Shown here: piece after piece, positions 25,801-39,860 of the stretch
How positions within the stretch are numbered: position 1 is the first letter of the stretch
How the letters are laid out: the number at the start of each line of letters is the position of its first letter
NCBI GenBank assembly: GCA_028023455.1
Contig: JAQFVV010000003.1
Span: 6,882,001 to 6,946,000 of the forward strand
Origin: Epiperipatus broadwayi
Taxonomy: Eukaryota; Animalia; Onychophora
Direction of reading: 5' to 3'
DNA length: 64,000 nt
The notes under the pieces: model-generated
Seen by the model: only the letters and a program-made list of their open reading frames with translations
Database searches by the model: none
What the model was told of the DNA's origin: nothing
Position numbers and translations under genes: made by a program

Positions 25801-27581
25801 ATTCATAAATATATATATATATACAGTCTGTATATGTCTAAAATATCCATGAATTGGAAATTAAATCTTTTTAAAATTTAAAAATATTTTAGGCTTCTAA
25901 TGGATTTTAACTAAAAGATATATACTGGTTTATAATCATTCAGAACATCAAATAATTATTGGGCAGTAAATGTGTACCTAACTATTTTTAGCAAAAGGGT
26001 AAACCAAAAAAAACAGAATTTTTTAAATAAATGCAGTAATGCCTTCATATCAAATCCTTTGGAAAAGTCTGATCCAAAAGTATTTGTCCTACAGTAAGTT
26101 CTTTAACACTATTTTTAGTTTTTATAAGTGTGGTGGATGTAAATTTGTTTACTTTTACTAATGATGAACTGTTAAGTCTTGACAAAGCTTCAACATGTTT
26201 TATTTTTAAATATACTGTACCCTTTTTATTAGGTCTAAATAGGTTTTGAAAGTCAATCTCTTAAAAATTTTAAATTAAAAGCGATTTAAGTATTGTAAGT
26301 TATATAGCAATGTTAATATGGTTTTTAAAGCTTTGTTAAAATAAAGTTAAAAGTTATAAAATATTTAAAAGCCATTATAAAATGCTAAAATTATAAAGTA
26401 AAAATTAAATATTATAATTTTGTATGGTTGGGAGAACTGACCATAGTGATAATAATAAAAATTATGTATTAAAAGTCTTGTTAAACAAGATGTTGAAAAC
26501 TAATTTTTAAATAATGATTTAAAATTAAATAAGTTATTAAATGTTTTTTTAATAAAAGTAGATTTAAGTTTATATTATAATTTATTATTGAAAGTTTTAG
26601 TATTTTGTGGGATATGCAAGGGTATTCAATTTTATTTATTGTTTAAATAATATCAAAATGTATTATTCCAAATTCTATCACTATTTTATTATTTTTTATA
26701 ATGTAATATTTTGTACTTAAATATTTAATTAATCCTATTTTCGGACAGTGAATATAAAAAAATTGCAACATTTGTCTGGGATTTTGGTCATGTGACTAGC
26801 AAGCAGTACACATACTTTGTGCTTGCAAGGTTTTAAAGAAAGTTTCAAAATTACTTTCAGAATTGTTTTAAAAAATTGAAAACATTTGAATATCATAAAA
26901 ATAAATATAGGAAATTATTTAGTTAGTTGTCTTTAAAGTAGTTGTAGTTAATAAAGATAAATTTAAAAAATAGATACATTAAAGTTAAGTGTTAGATAAA
27001 TTGATAAAGTATTATTTAAAATACACCTGGCTAGTTGTACATCACGTCACAAATCTGATTTCTTGCTAGTTTGCAAACAAATGCATATTGTCAAATAGTG
27101 GTAATGATTAAAATATGTATGAAAAAATATAAAATTAAATACTGTAGTCAATAAAAAAAAGTAAAAAAAGTTTGTCTTGTATAAATTTTTTTCAAATATT
27201 TGAAATTTTTTATTAGTCATATTTTGTTTCCTTATTTTTTTAATGCGAATTTTAAAGAAATTTTTTCTTGTTTCTTTGCTTTTATGTGACTTCTGAAAAC
27301 TACTGGAACATATCCTCCATTTTTCAAGGTAAGTTACATTTATTTTTGTGTGATTTCTTTTGTGCGTGTTTTTTGAGGAACCTATCTACCGCATAAAATG
27401 AGAACCAGGTATATGTTATTTTAAAATGTTTAATTTGTTTAAGTAAAATTATAAAATTAGTTTAGAATTAAATATTATCATAATATTAATAGTATAAGTA
27501 GTGACTCATAGTTTTATTTCTAAATTTTAAAAATGTGAAATTGACAATTATGTAAATTAGTTGATAAGCTGAGGGTCAAGT

Positions 27582-27645
27582 AACCAATCAGATTGTAAGT
27601 TAGAGCTGGTATATAAATGAATGATCTCACTTCTTAAACACTTCT
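27582..27645 (+). promoter_or_regulatory. Candidate Pol II core promoter (CCAAT, TATA, Inr-like)
   Basis: AACCAATCAG (27582-27591, NF-Y consensus), TATATAAA (27610-27617) and a CA-CTTC Inr-like site with A at 27640, 30 nt from the TATA start. No downstream gene could be assigned. Confidence 0.35.
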
Positions 27646-30600
27646 ACTTCTGTTTTTTATTTTTTTTATTGTTTTAGAATAGTATCCAGTATATTATTCA
27701 AATAGTCAATTAGTCTCAAACTTTATTTAAACTTTCCAAATGCAAACAACTTCAATTAGTTTCAATTTTTAAATTTGTATTATTATTTTAAAAAAAGTGT
27801 AAAGGATTATAAAGTTTATTAATTTAAAATAAGAATGTTTCCCTAAAACCAATTAGTTTCCTACTAGTTTTTTTTTCTATTTAAAACTTAATTCAAGTTC
27901 ATAGTAATTATGGAGCATATACATGAAGTAATGTGTGTGGGGAGATTAATGATGGAAAAACAGTTAACAGAGGAAAGTATAATTTTTTTCATGCTATTTA
28001 AAAACTTATTATTTATATAAAATGCTTTGGATTTTAAAAAGAATATTATTTGGAAATATCACTCAGAGAATTAATATGTTTGTGTATAATATTATAAGAA
28101 CTTTTAAATATATTATTTGAATAATAAAATTACCTGGAAAAGACAAACTAAATGTTTATATAAAGTTATAAAAGTATTCAAGGTGAAATTATAGTATAAA
28201 AATATACCCTTCCTTATTATACTATTGACTATATATTTTAAAAGTACAGCAATTTTAAAAATATATATTTATTTAAAAGCTATTTAAATCATTTGGAAAA
28301 ATGATAAAAAATAAAAACAAATATTATTATGAATATAATTACTTTGACAAGTTATTGTCAGAATATGTAAATTATTTTGATATAATAAAAACTTGTTCTC
28401 TTAAATATACATAAAAAAAATACATGGATAATAGAAATAAATATTATCAGGACTAAATAAAATAACCTGTGGAATATTTAAATATAAAGTTATTTATTAA
28501 TACATATCTGCATTATGAGATAATATTTTTAAGAAAAGAATGGGAAAATGCCTATTTTCTGCTAGCATACATATTGATTTTGAATGGCCATTAATAATGC
28601 ATCTGGAAGCTGATAGAATTCAAGTAAATGGAAAACAATGGAACTTACCTATAGGAAATATTTTTTTTAAAAATAATATCACATTAATAATTATTATCCT
28701 GAGAAAGTAATAGATAAAGACTGTATTTAAAGACTTTCAAGAACAGGATGAATAATAATTTTTTCAAATTTTCTTGGATTTTAAAGTCGATATTATTTTT
28801 TTATATTTGTGAGTTTATGTGCCATGGGAGAGAAGAGCATTGTGCTAAAAAAACTTTCAGACAATATTTGCTGCATAGCAACCACAGAGGCTCCAATTTG
28901 AAGCATTGAATGGTAATGAAAGACTTAGTTTGAACTCTATTGGAGAACAAACATGAATTGGAATTACATAAATTTAGTTTTAATTATTATGTTAAATATA
29001 CTAACTTTAGCATTAAAATTTGTTGTATGGGAGAGGAAAGGTTACATTACAACATTAATATTTTTAAAAAAAATCTTTTAATATTTTAAAGTTTTGCAAA
29101 CATTTTTAAAGTATAAAAGTATTGACTGTTTATTGTATGTTTTTCTTATGCTGAATTTGGACAGAAGATGTCAAGATAGTGGGGTTTTTTTACCAATCAT
29201 AAAGCCACTAGGTAATTTATAAGTGTTTAATTATCATATGATGTACTTTTTTTTTTCTAGAGTTGCTTGGAGAATTTTTGAAATATTGCTTTTATCATAT
29301 GTATGTGTGCATCAGTTACATATATAAATTTTTATTATCATTCTGAGACATAAGCTATGATTTAAAAAAAACCCGATATGCATACATTTTTTTTTGTTAT
29401 ATTACAAAGTTCAATATAATGTATTGATGCTCATAATTTTTCATGATTCTTTACTCAATGAACCATACACTATATTTGTAAATATTTGAATATTGATTTT
29501 AGTGTTTTAAAATCAAAGTCATTTGTATTTTTGTTAAGTTTTAAGTGAATAAAACTTTTTCTTATAGTAGTTCTGAATTAATATCATATATTAACTTTAT
29601 TTGTTATTAAGAGCAATGCTAGTTATTTTGTGATGTGGATTGTTAAAGTTATTTTGGAGTTTTAATCGGTAGTGACAGGGATGAATGTAAAGAAACCCTT
29701 GGATGCTTTATATGTAGGATATATGAAGAAGATAGGAAAATAGCCTATATTTTATCTTAGTAGTTTTATGCAAGTACAGTTAACATAACCCTGTGTCTTG
29801 TATGTATTTTCCATGGGCAGTGTTTAATGTTTTTGTAATTTAAAATGATCTGTAAGAGCTGAACAGATAGCCTGGACATCAAGCAAATCACTGAGCATCA
29901 TAATAATAATTTTCACTCCCATCTTTAACTCTTTTTGAAAAAACAGAGATATATCATTGCTTTTTATTTTCAGTTGATAATAATTTTCATTAAATAAAAA
30001 AAAGCATTTAAATCAGCAATCAGTAATCTATTTTTTATATCAATTTGTTTTTATTATTATTACAATAAAAATTTGATTTTTAAATAGTCATCAGAGTCGG
30101 AAACATTTTAATAATGAAATATGATTGATTGTTTCTGGAAAATAGGATAAATAAGTTTATAAATAAGGCCGATTTTTAAGGAAATGAAATAACATTAAAT
30201 TATAAATGCAGCACAGTATCTATTTTTACATATTAACATATGATATGGACTTGCCTTAAATGTAAAAAAATATATGGATTAAAGAGAGACTAAAAGGTAA
30301 ATATTTTATAATGTCTACAATTATCAATTGAAAAGGACAAACTTGTGCAAAATTAATCCCCCCCCCCCACCATTACCTTATAGTTTTAAAAACAAATCTT
30401 GGATTTTTGTGTGTGTGCTTTAATTTTACCAATAACGATTTTAAGTTAAATTTGAAAACACATTTTGAAAATGGATCTTTTTTTCTTTGAATTGATATCT
30501 AAAGATGAATATACATCTAGATTTAGTATTGTTTTCCTGTATTCATAAACAATATTCTTCTATTTTTTTATTGCAGCATGTGCATCTAACAAAAGCTATA

Positions 30601-31529
30601 CACTCTTTACTCATTCTAAACATAAATGTATTTTTAAAAAAAAATAAATAAAGGACAATTTTTATCTCATCTTATCAAAAATTAAAATTTGTTTTTAGAA
30701 TGTAATCACCTCCAACAATCAGTTGCTTATTTTTTCAAGATAAACCAAGATCAAATAATTGATTCCATTACACTTTTTTCTTAAATCTTCACTTTTTTAA
30801 ATACAATCTTTGCTTTCAATTGATCATCAATTATTTCTTATCTAAGTCCTAACTGTGGCCTCTGGTCAGATATTACAATTTTAAATGGCAGATGATATCT
30901 AAATTCAGTTTTGATAACTTTTAATCTCATGTTTAAGAAATGCATACAGCAATGTCTTTTTAACTTTAGAAAGTATTTACAACATACTATATTTATTTTA
31001 AAAAAAAACAATAGCTATGCTGCATTCATATTCTCAAAATTTGTGATTTCAATAACCTATAGTTAAAAATTATAACACATAATGAATAACTAATTTCCTA
31101 TGCACCTATCTATATGTGTACCATTATAAATCAGGTATAATTCAACCATTGCTATCTTTTGTGCTTCCCATACATTTAATGTGCATTGAGCTAGTCAATT
31201 TACTCATGGCTATAAATTATTAAATAAAAACTTTGTTTTAAATGGTACAAAACCTAAAGCTAATAAAGGTGGTGAATCTGTTAATTTAAAAGTAGTATGA
31301 AGTACTTTGTTTGTATAATAAAAAAAAAATAACTGTTTTGATAATAATAATTAAGATGTGTAAATATGACTCTCTCAACTTTTTTCTCTCATCACTGTAT
31401 TATTCTATGTCTTTGTAATTACTTTTGTCAGTGACTTAGTGTGTATAATTTTTTTAATTAAACTGTACTATGGATGTTTTATATATTCAAAATTTTATGT
31501 ATATTTGTATAAATATTTTTTCCAGAAGC

Positions 31530-31785
31530 AAAACTCTTCCTACAGTATTCAGTGCAAGCCAGAGTAATCAATGGATGCAGGAAGATTTGTGCATAAAATC
31601 TCTATATAGTGCCTATTCATCCAATATCCCTCAACTAGTTTCTAGCTAATGGCTTTCATCAGTGAGGAGCCTTGGATATTGAATGAGTAGGCACTAGATA
31701 GAGATTTTATGCACAAACGTTCCTGCATCCATTGTTACTCTGGCTTGCAGTGAGTGTTTCTACTGTATGGAAGTTTTGTCTCTGT
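31530..31785. mobile_element. Short inverted (fold-back) copy of the hammerhead-bearing repeat family
   Basis: 31530-31625 and 31675-31785 are reverse complements; both are homologous to 53990-54160 and 54940-55050. Confidence 0.85.
31628..31668 (-). ncRNA. Minimal type I hammerhead ribozyme motif, degenerate (C17 missing)
   Basis: Minus strand UCCUCA-CUGAUGA-AAGC-CAUUA-GCUA-GAAA-CUAG-U-UGAGGG. Confidence 0.55.
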
Positions 31786-33315
31786 GAAAAACAACTTGGA
31801 TAAGCATAAAAAAATGGTGATAATGTGATGTTTGATGATTTTGTGTGTGGGTGTGTGTTAAAAATATACATTATATGGGGTTCAGTACCATCTGCAGATT
31901 TGAACATTTATGTGAAAGCTTAAAGCAGTTTAAATTTCACAATAAATCCAAGATCATGTAGTCTCAACCCACTCCATGAAATAGCAAAAGAGAAAACTTT
32001 AGACATCATCTACTTGTTCAATAAGGCTTTCACAGTTTTGAAAGTTTTTAATGTGCATGTTATCTTCTTTTAAGAGTTTTCAATCTATGAGATTATGTTT
32101 GTAAAACTCGAAATTTTTTCAAATCAGATATTAAGTAATAATAATTGAGTTTATTACATGAGAGTTTATAAAAAATTTGAATGATGAAAACATCAGAAAT
32201 GGAATCAAACTGAAGGCTTTAAATTCCAGAATCTGTTCTACTAGTGCACCAATCTATGCAGGGCAATCAGTTCTTTAAATGACATTAAACTGTGAATGAA
32301 GGTATTATTTGTGAAGATCCTTGAATTTTATAAACAAACCCCTCTTTTTAGATTAACAATGATTGGTTTATCTGCTTAAAATATTTTTTGAAATATTGTG
32401 AAAACATGGTAAACTTTAATGCCAAATAATGATTAAAGTCATATTATAAATACTAATATCATTCTAAATCCACTCTACTTCAACATCATCTTTGTAAATA
32501 AATAATGAATGAATCCCTTCAGATAATAATAGTAATCAACACTACAAACTACTTTCTATCTATTGGTTTTCTTCAATGAGGAATAGTGGACTGCATGTAT
32601 ACATCAAATTATCAAAAAGTAATCTGATGATCTAAGCAATATTATTACCTGGGTGATTACTCTTGCTTACATGGCTGTAAAGTATAAAGTGAATGACTGC
32701 TCTTAATTCTAGTAGAGTTGTATTTTAATTAGGTTATAAAATAATAAACTTCTATTATATTATTAAATAATAAGTGAAAGTCTTTAAAATTCTAACTGCA
32801 GAAAAAGGCAGCTCAGGCTTATGAACTGATGTGGATTTTACAGTTTTCATTCTTGTTTTAGTCTTTAGTTCAGTTTTTATTGCAGACTAATTTTCATAAC
32901 TAATAGAATTAACTAAGATTTGATTACTTGAAAAAGTGTCTTAAGTTTGTTTCAAATTTTAAAAAAATAACCCAAAATTAACCCAGACTAGATTTAAATA
33001 CCAGGTCATGGGCAATATGTAAAATCAAAGAATCATTTTCAGTTCCCTATCATATCTGCAAACTGGATTCAAGTAAACTTAAAACTCTTTCACCAGAATT
33101 ACAATTCTTCTTCAAATATCTAATCTATATCCAATTCAACTATTTATCCATATCAATCAGTAAATAAATATTTACTTCTTTTTAGTTGCAAGATAAAACA
33201 AAAATGGAAACCCATGCAAATCTTTGCTCTCTTACAATTAGTATACTTGATGGGCACTGCTTTTTTTTCATTGTTTCTCAATGAAAGGACATTAAAGATG
33301 CCTTTCTTCTATTAA

Positions 33316-35830
33316 CAGGGGTTGGTAAACTATTGCTCACAAACCATATATGGCTTTTTGGATCTATATGTGTCTCTTTAATAATATCTTTACTTTTCCA
33401 TAGGCTAATTAGAACACACATTCAAAACATTGCTAATATGAAATAAAAAAAATCATATGAAATAAACGTAAAACCAGAACAAATGTGGGACACATATACC
33501 TTCTACTATGTAGCAAAATTGAAAATAAAACTATTATAGTTTCAATTTATAAAATTTTTAAAAGATTTTATTAATGTAATCATGATTTTATTTATTTTAT
33601 AAGTCTAGAAAAACTTTGTGATTAATAAGTGAGCTCATAGTTGCCCTCTAAGAATGAGATAATGTTTGCAATGGTGGAAATGTGAATAGGCATAATCTAG
33701 AAGTGGAATGTATAATTATTTTTTGTATAGTTGTGCAAACATGGATATAACATGCTAAATAAAATACAATATTTAAAGTGTTTTCAACATCCATAAAAAA
33801 AAAGACTGAAAAACATTAGATGAGCATCATGATTTTAAAACTGAATGGACTGAATTATTGCAAACACAAAGGGGCTTCCAACCTGTCTCATTTGCCAAGT
33901 AAGACTGGCACAAAACAAGAAATATAATTTGGAGAGGCACTTCATGACAAAACATGCCACATTTCCATAAAATATCCTATCAGTGACATGAGGAAAAGAG
34001 CAATTGAAGAATTTCAGAAAAATATTGAAAAATCAAGTTCTGTTGTTGATTATTGGAAACAGAAAGTCAGAAATTGCTAAGAGAGGAAAACCATTCACAG
34101 ATGGTAAGTACATAAAATGTTGTTTTATTAAAGTATCTGAGGAACTTTTTTATGATTTAAAACAGATTTTAAATAAAATTAAAAACATGCCATTATCTGC
34201 CAAACAGTAACAGATAGAACAGTCAGTTAAAATGGTCCTAAATATGACCAATCAACAAGTTGAGAACATTAAATGATCTTCAGCTTTATCAATTGTGGTG
34301 GATGAGTCTTGCAACATTAAGTACATATCCCATATTTTCCTTTACATTTGGTATGTATATCATCTGAGGGTATTATTGCCATTCAAGGGCCAAACCCAAG
34401 GAGAGGACATAGCAAATTCTGTCATTGAATGCATGAAAAAAAAATCATGCTTGATAAAATTGTGTCAATTGCAAGTGATGGGGCAAAAAGTATGATGGGA
34501 TCAAAAAAGATGTTTGTTTTAATTTTAAAAGAAAATGTTACTAATAAAGTGATTACTTTCCATTGTATACTTCATCAGAAAGCACTTTGTGCACAAACAT
34601 TTCCAGAAAAAATTGGTAATGTCATAGACTTGATAATAAAGATTATTAATTTTATTGCAGCAAGAGGACTTAACCAATGATAATTTAAAGAGTTGCTATG
34701 TAAAATGGAATGTGAATATTCAGATCTTCTCCAATATAATAGGGTTTGATGGCTTTCCAGAGGCAACATGATAAATGTTTTGAATTTTGCATAAATAAAA
34801 TCTAACTATTTCTCAACAACAAGGGAGTTCAAGATTTAGAATTAACAGATCAGTGTTTTCAAAAAATGTATTTCATGGTGGATGAAACATCAGAACTGAA
34901 TCATCTCAATCATAAATTATAAGCTAAGGGAAACGCTGCTTTTTTCAATGGTAGAATAAATTATTTTGTTTAAAAGGAAATTGATTCTATTTGCTGAAGA
35001 TTTAGAGAGGGGAACTTTAGTTCATTTCCCAAACTTGTTCCAATATCATCGAGAAAACAATGCCCTCATTAACAAAGATTATTTTAAGACAACAATTTTA
35101 AATATGAGAGAATCTTTTCTTCAAAGATTTCAGGAATTTAGAACCAACAAAGCAACTCTAGCTTTTATTACAAACCCTCTTAAGGCCAATGTGAGAATTA
35201 AAATTTTCACCATTTAATATCGATATGGGTAATTTTGAAATACAATTGCTGGACTTGACAAGCAAAGATTTATGGAGCTCCAAATTTGTATTGAAATGGA
35301 AGAACTGGAAAAAGAAAAATGTAGTCTGCTTTCACAGAACCAACAGAGTGCTATAAAAAAACCTACATAAGGCACGCTCTATGATTTTTACTACTTGGAA
35401 TAGTCTTCCAGATTCACATCATGAGTTGAAAAAATTTGCATTTGGTATTCTCAGTATCTTTGGATCTACATATTTATGTGAACAATCATTTTCTAACATG
35501 AATTTTATTAAAAATAAATTGAGGAACCAAATTACTGATGCTAACTTGGCATCAAGCTTTAAATTAAAAACCACTAGTTACCAACCGAACATACAGAAAC
35601 TTTCTAAGGAAATGCAAGCTCATTGTTCACACTGATTAAAACCACTGCTAGCAATTTTCCATGTGATTTAATAATCTACATTTAATAAAGATGTAATTAA
35701 TATTATAACTTGTTATCATTTCTTTAAATTTTCCTTATTTGTAAAAATATATTCGTGGCTCTCGAATAATTTTTAAATTGTTGTGAGCGTCAGATTTGGC
35801 TCTTCCGTTTCAAAAGTTTACAGACCCCTG
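33316..35830 (+). mobile_element. hAT transposon, Buster/Charlie/SPIN-like (GTF2IRD2-type transposase), full-length but disrupted
   Basis: TIRs CAGGGGTTGGTAAACT and (rc) CAGGGGTCTGTAAACT; degenerate TSD ttctattaa/ttctatag with central TA. Motifs PTCLICQ..NLERHF, ASDGAKSM, FHCILHQKAL, and C-terminal SIFGSTYLCEQSFSNMNFIKNKLRN (ORF 35381-35635). Confidence 0.92.
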
Positions 35831-36689
35831 TTCTATAGTGAGCTACTTGCAGGCCCTAATTTAACATTATCTTTTTTTTTTGCTCCTCATACATATAAGC
35901 ATAAATGTGTATGTATATATAACAAAGCATGTACAAAGTAATATAAAATATTTTAATTTCGAAAACGATTTTTTAAACCCAAAAACATTTTTTTTCTTTC
36001 ATATCAGTTTAATACTTCAAATTTAATATATATATATTTACTATTTATCAAATTAATACGCATCACTGGTTTTCAATGAAAATATTTGTAAACTTGTTTA
36101 AAACATTTTTTCTTTTTTGAAATAATATTATAAAACACAAAAATAATTTTAACAGCTACGATTATCAATAAGAGCAAAATGCTGGTTGATATTTATATAG
36201 ATTTTAAAATCTGATAGTTTCTAAGAATATGCTGAAAGAAAAATGAGATTACTTATTAATAAAAGATATACATATTCCTGGGCACATTTGCAGATGCTTC
36301 CAAACAAATGACACAGTTAAAGCTCAGCTGGTTTGGAAAATGACTACGGAATAACTCAAAACGTAAACATATGTAAGATAGTAAAAAATTTATTTTGCAA
36401 AATTTTTAAATCTAATTTATTTATTTTTAAATAACAATGCAGCAAATATACTTTTTTTACATTTTAATAACTGCACATATACGCACACATAATAAACCCA
36501 TCAAATACATAAAAATAAGTGTTAAAATACAAATTCTTTTTATCATTAGCAGATGCCTGTAAATAAGTATAATCATCCTAAATTCCGTGAAAGAGAGAAT
36601 GATCAGAATAAAAACATTATGACTAAAAATAATAATCTATGAATTCAGATAATTCCATATTATCACAAACTTGTTATTTTACTTTGTTC

Positions 36690-37070
36690 ATTTGTAATAT
36701 ATAGGGCATATGAGCATAGACTTTCACACGACCCACCACTCTCCACTCTATCTCATAACACTGATACACTTGAACACAAACATGTCGAAAAGATAAATAA
36801 TCACCAATAAAAGTGTTTCATGCTAAATCAGCAATCAACAGTTGGTCCAGATTATCATCTCTACACATATATGCAATAAGTGCTCAGATATATATTAAGA
36901 TAGTCAATCTTCATATTTTAATGCACAGGCTTCAATCCACTCCATACTCCAACTCTTCAACTGTCCATCCAGTTGAAAATGATCGAACAGTCAAAGCCAT
37001 CCTGAGGCCGAGATTTTCGTCACACCCATGTTGACCTAAAGTCAACCTTACCCCTCATGTTCAGGACATA
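36690..37070 (+). repeat. Dispersed repeat, probable Penelope-like 3' end
   Basis: 36690-36990 is homologous to the reverse complement of 47020-47290 (shared ttggtccagat..catct and atcaccaata), which adjoins a GIY-YIG-like remnant. Confidence 0.5.
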
Positions 37071-37329
37071 ATCCATTTAATACATATACGAGGGATGGAC
37101 AGACATCTCTACTATGTAATAACTGTTGTGTTGTCTTTTAACTTTTTCTTCAACAAACATTCCTTTTTGAAAGATTTCAACACTTTGACTGATTATATAT
37201 CTCCATAGTATTTTATTTTCCAAAAGCATTTGATACTGCAATTGTAGAGTCTTTAAGATAATCTTTATAATACAAACAGAGTCTGTCATTTTCATAAAAA
37301 TAACATTCAAGTTTATATTAAATTGTCAT

Positions 37330-37401
37330 GCATTGGTGGCCTAGTGGTTAGCATAGCTGCCTTCCAAGCAGCTGTTCCGGGTTTACTTCCTGTTCAACGC
37401 A
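37330..37401 (+). pseudogene. tRNA-Gly(TCC) pseudogene or degenerate gene
   Basis: GCATTGGTGGCCTAGTGGTTAGCATAGCTGCCTTCCAAGCAGC...CAACGCA aligns with metazoan tRNA-Gly-TCC. The anticodon arm is intact, but the B box (GGTTTACTTCC) and T-stem are damaged. Confidence 0.85.
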
Positions 37402-39363
37402 TGTGACATATAAAAAAAAGTTTAGATTAAATTACTTTTAATGAAGAGTTACTGTTGATTTGCTTCACATAACTGATCCAATAAAAATATCCTCTTAATG
37501 ATATATTCAACAATACCACAATAGCTAAAGAATACACTAATTGGTTTTATGATCTGGCCATTGTATTTTCAAAATAATACATAGGGCCATGTATTATTTC
37601 CAAGAAATAAATTTATCTAAATATCAGGCCTAAATACAAACAATTTAGATAAAGTAACTATACCATTATGATAAAATACCAATATTTTAGCTTGTTAAAT
37701 GGAATCTAATACACTATGTTGCACTCAGTGTTCAAGACCATCTTGCTACTCAAAGAATCTCTAATATATTTAAACAGATATTCTCAAGCTAATAGCAATT
37801 TAAATTATATCTTGCCAAAGATTTTTCTATTATTGCAGGTATTTAACAGCTCAATTTTTAAATATTAATTACTAAATCAGTTTTTTTTAATAAGTTGCAC
37901 CCAAAATATTAAAATAAATCTGTGGAGAATCTTTTGAATTAGCAATACTTAGTATAATCAATAGTGTAGTATACATATAAAAACAAAAAAGATAGTTTTT
38001 ATTATGCTTTGCATCAGTTCAATTTAAAGCCAATCATCAAAAACATATACATCATATATTGTACCTTGATAAGGCACCTTTAAACGTTTCTAAAAACCAC
38101 TGTCATAAAAACAAAAAATAAAGTTCAATACTAGAATGCATTTCTATTAAACAATTATTTACATTTCAAATGTTTTCAGTTTTCATTATACTTCCTTTCA
38201 TGCAATCATACAGCAGATAGATATATAATATAAATAAAATTCCATGATAATTATTTTTCAACCTAAGCACAAACCTCAATTGACTGACCCAAATCCTTTA
38301 ACTAAATTAATAAAAATAATATACAAATCACTTCTAACTTGCTACAGTTTTTTTTTCTTTGCATTTGTTTCTGATCCCAATAAATTACTAAAATACACGT
38401 TTGCAATTTATAAAGTATAATAATAAAACTATAGACACTTTCTGTTTATTACGATAGCTATTTTCAATTGAATTAAAAACGATAATTTAAGTTTAATATT
38501 TTGTTCTATAATTTTGATAAAATTGACCAACACTTTAGATCAAAAGCAATTGCTTTATTTTATAGGTTATATAAACACAATATAAACTTTGCTGTTATAT
38601 ATTTATATATGTGTAACAACTTCCAGGAGACAGGGAAAGTTTTCAGGAAGTTGACAATTTCCAAGCAAGTTTTCAGATAGCTGATCAATATTCAACTCAG
38701 CATCCTAATTTTGAATAGCAAAATAGATATCTAGCTAATCTTACACAAAAAGGATCATCAAAATTCTTTCTGACCATCAGTGGTGAATCATAGTATCTCT
38801 TTCATTACTCTTCTGTGAAGGAAAGTTAGGAAAACTATGATCGTTTCATTTTATATTTAAATATATAAATATATATTCATTTTAAAGCTATTTTTTTCCT
38901 TATTTAACTAAAAATAAAAGTTAATCTTTGAACTAATTTCCAGATGTGTGCTTAATTAATTGCATAAGTAGTATTTATTTATTTATAGCAATCATTTTTA
39001 GTATATATGTAAATTATTATTAATTATTCTTTATTATTTAGAAATGATTACATTGACTTAATTAATCATGGACAAATATTAAGTTTAATAACATTTAAAT
39101 ATATAGAAAATATTTTTATATAGGTACTTCAATACTCATTTTTTAACTGTTGGCCTTTTTTGATGTACTATGACCCTAATATTTCCAAAATTATAATTAA
39201 CTTTTATTTCTACATTTTAAATATATCTATTCTAGCCATTAGAAATTTACAAAAAAAAGTTAGTTTCTAAGATGCAACTGACTCATTATGATGACTTGAG
39301 CCAATCCTTACATAGTTTCTCAAATACTAGACACTATTGTTTTACATAAAGAAAAAGATGGAA

Positions 39364-39860
39364 CCACTTTTTCTTATAAAATCTCTGTCTTATGTTGCAT
39401 CTTGAGTGCTCCTTATACAGTCATCATTACATCTGATTGGCTGAACATATAAACATTTTAAAAGCATATGCGAGAAGGTTTCAGCCTTTCACTTTAATTA
39501 TGAACTGCTTGCACTTAATAAATAATATTTATATACGTTACTGTCAATTCCATAAGTTCTGAAAAAATTACTTCATTGTAAATTGAAAGATTTTACATTG
39601 TTGATTTAGAAATTATATGCAGTGAGTTAAATATGAAGATGTTTAAAAGCTTCACACTCTTAAGTCCAAATGCTTCAGACTGGCTTATATAGAGAGAAAT
39701 TTAAGTAAAGAAGGTGGAATCACCTTTTTCTTATAAAATCTCTATCTTATGTTGCATCTTGAGAGCTCCTTATGCCATCATCATTACATCTGATTGGTTG
39801 TCATATAAGCATTCTAAAATGTGCATGAGAGGAGGTTTCTTCAGCCTTTCCCTTTAATAA
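39364..39860. repeat. Pair of ~140-bp direct repeats (39364-39500, 39721-39860)
   Basis: Shared tttttcttataaaatctct-tcttatgttgcatcttgag...catcattacatctgattgg...tcagcctttc. Confidence 0.85.

Noticed and set aside
27905-27980. Frame NYGAYT*SNVCGE suggesting selenocysteine readthrough
   Set aside because: No recognisable selenoprotein motif, exon structure or SECIS.
28560-28625. Peptide IHIDFEWP resembling the GH18 DxDxE motif
   Set aside because: Isolated 8-residue similarity with no other chitinase-like exons found.
31860-31905. GGGGTTCAGTACCATCTGCAG resembling a Tigger/pogo subterminal sequence
   Set aside because: Too short, and no partner TIR or transposase is visible.
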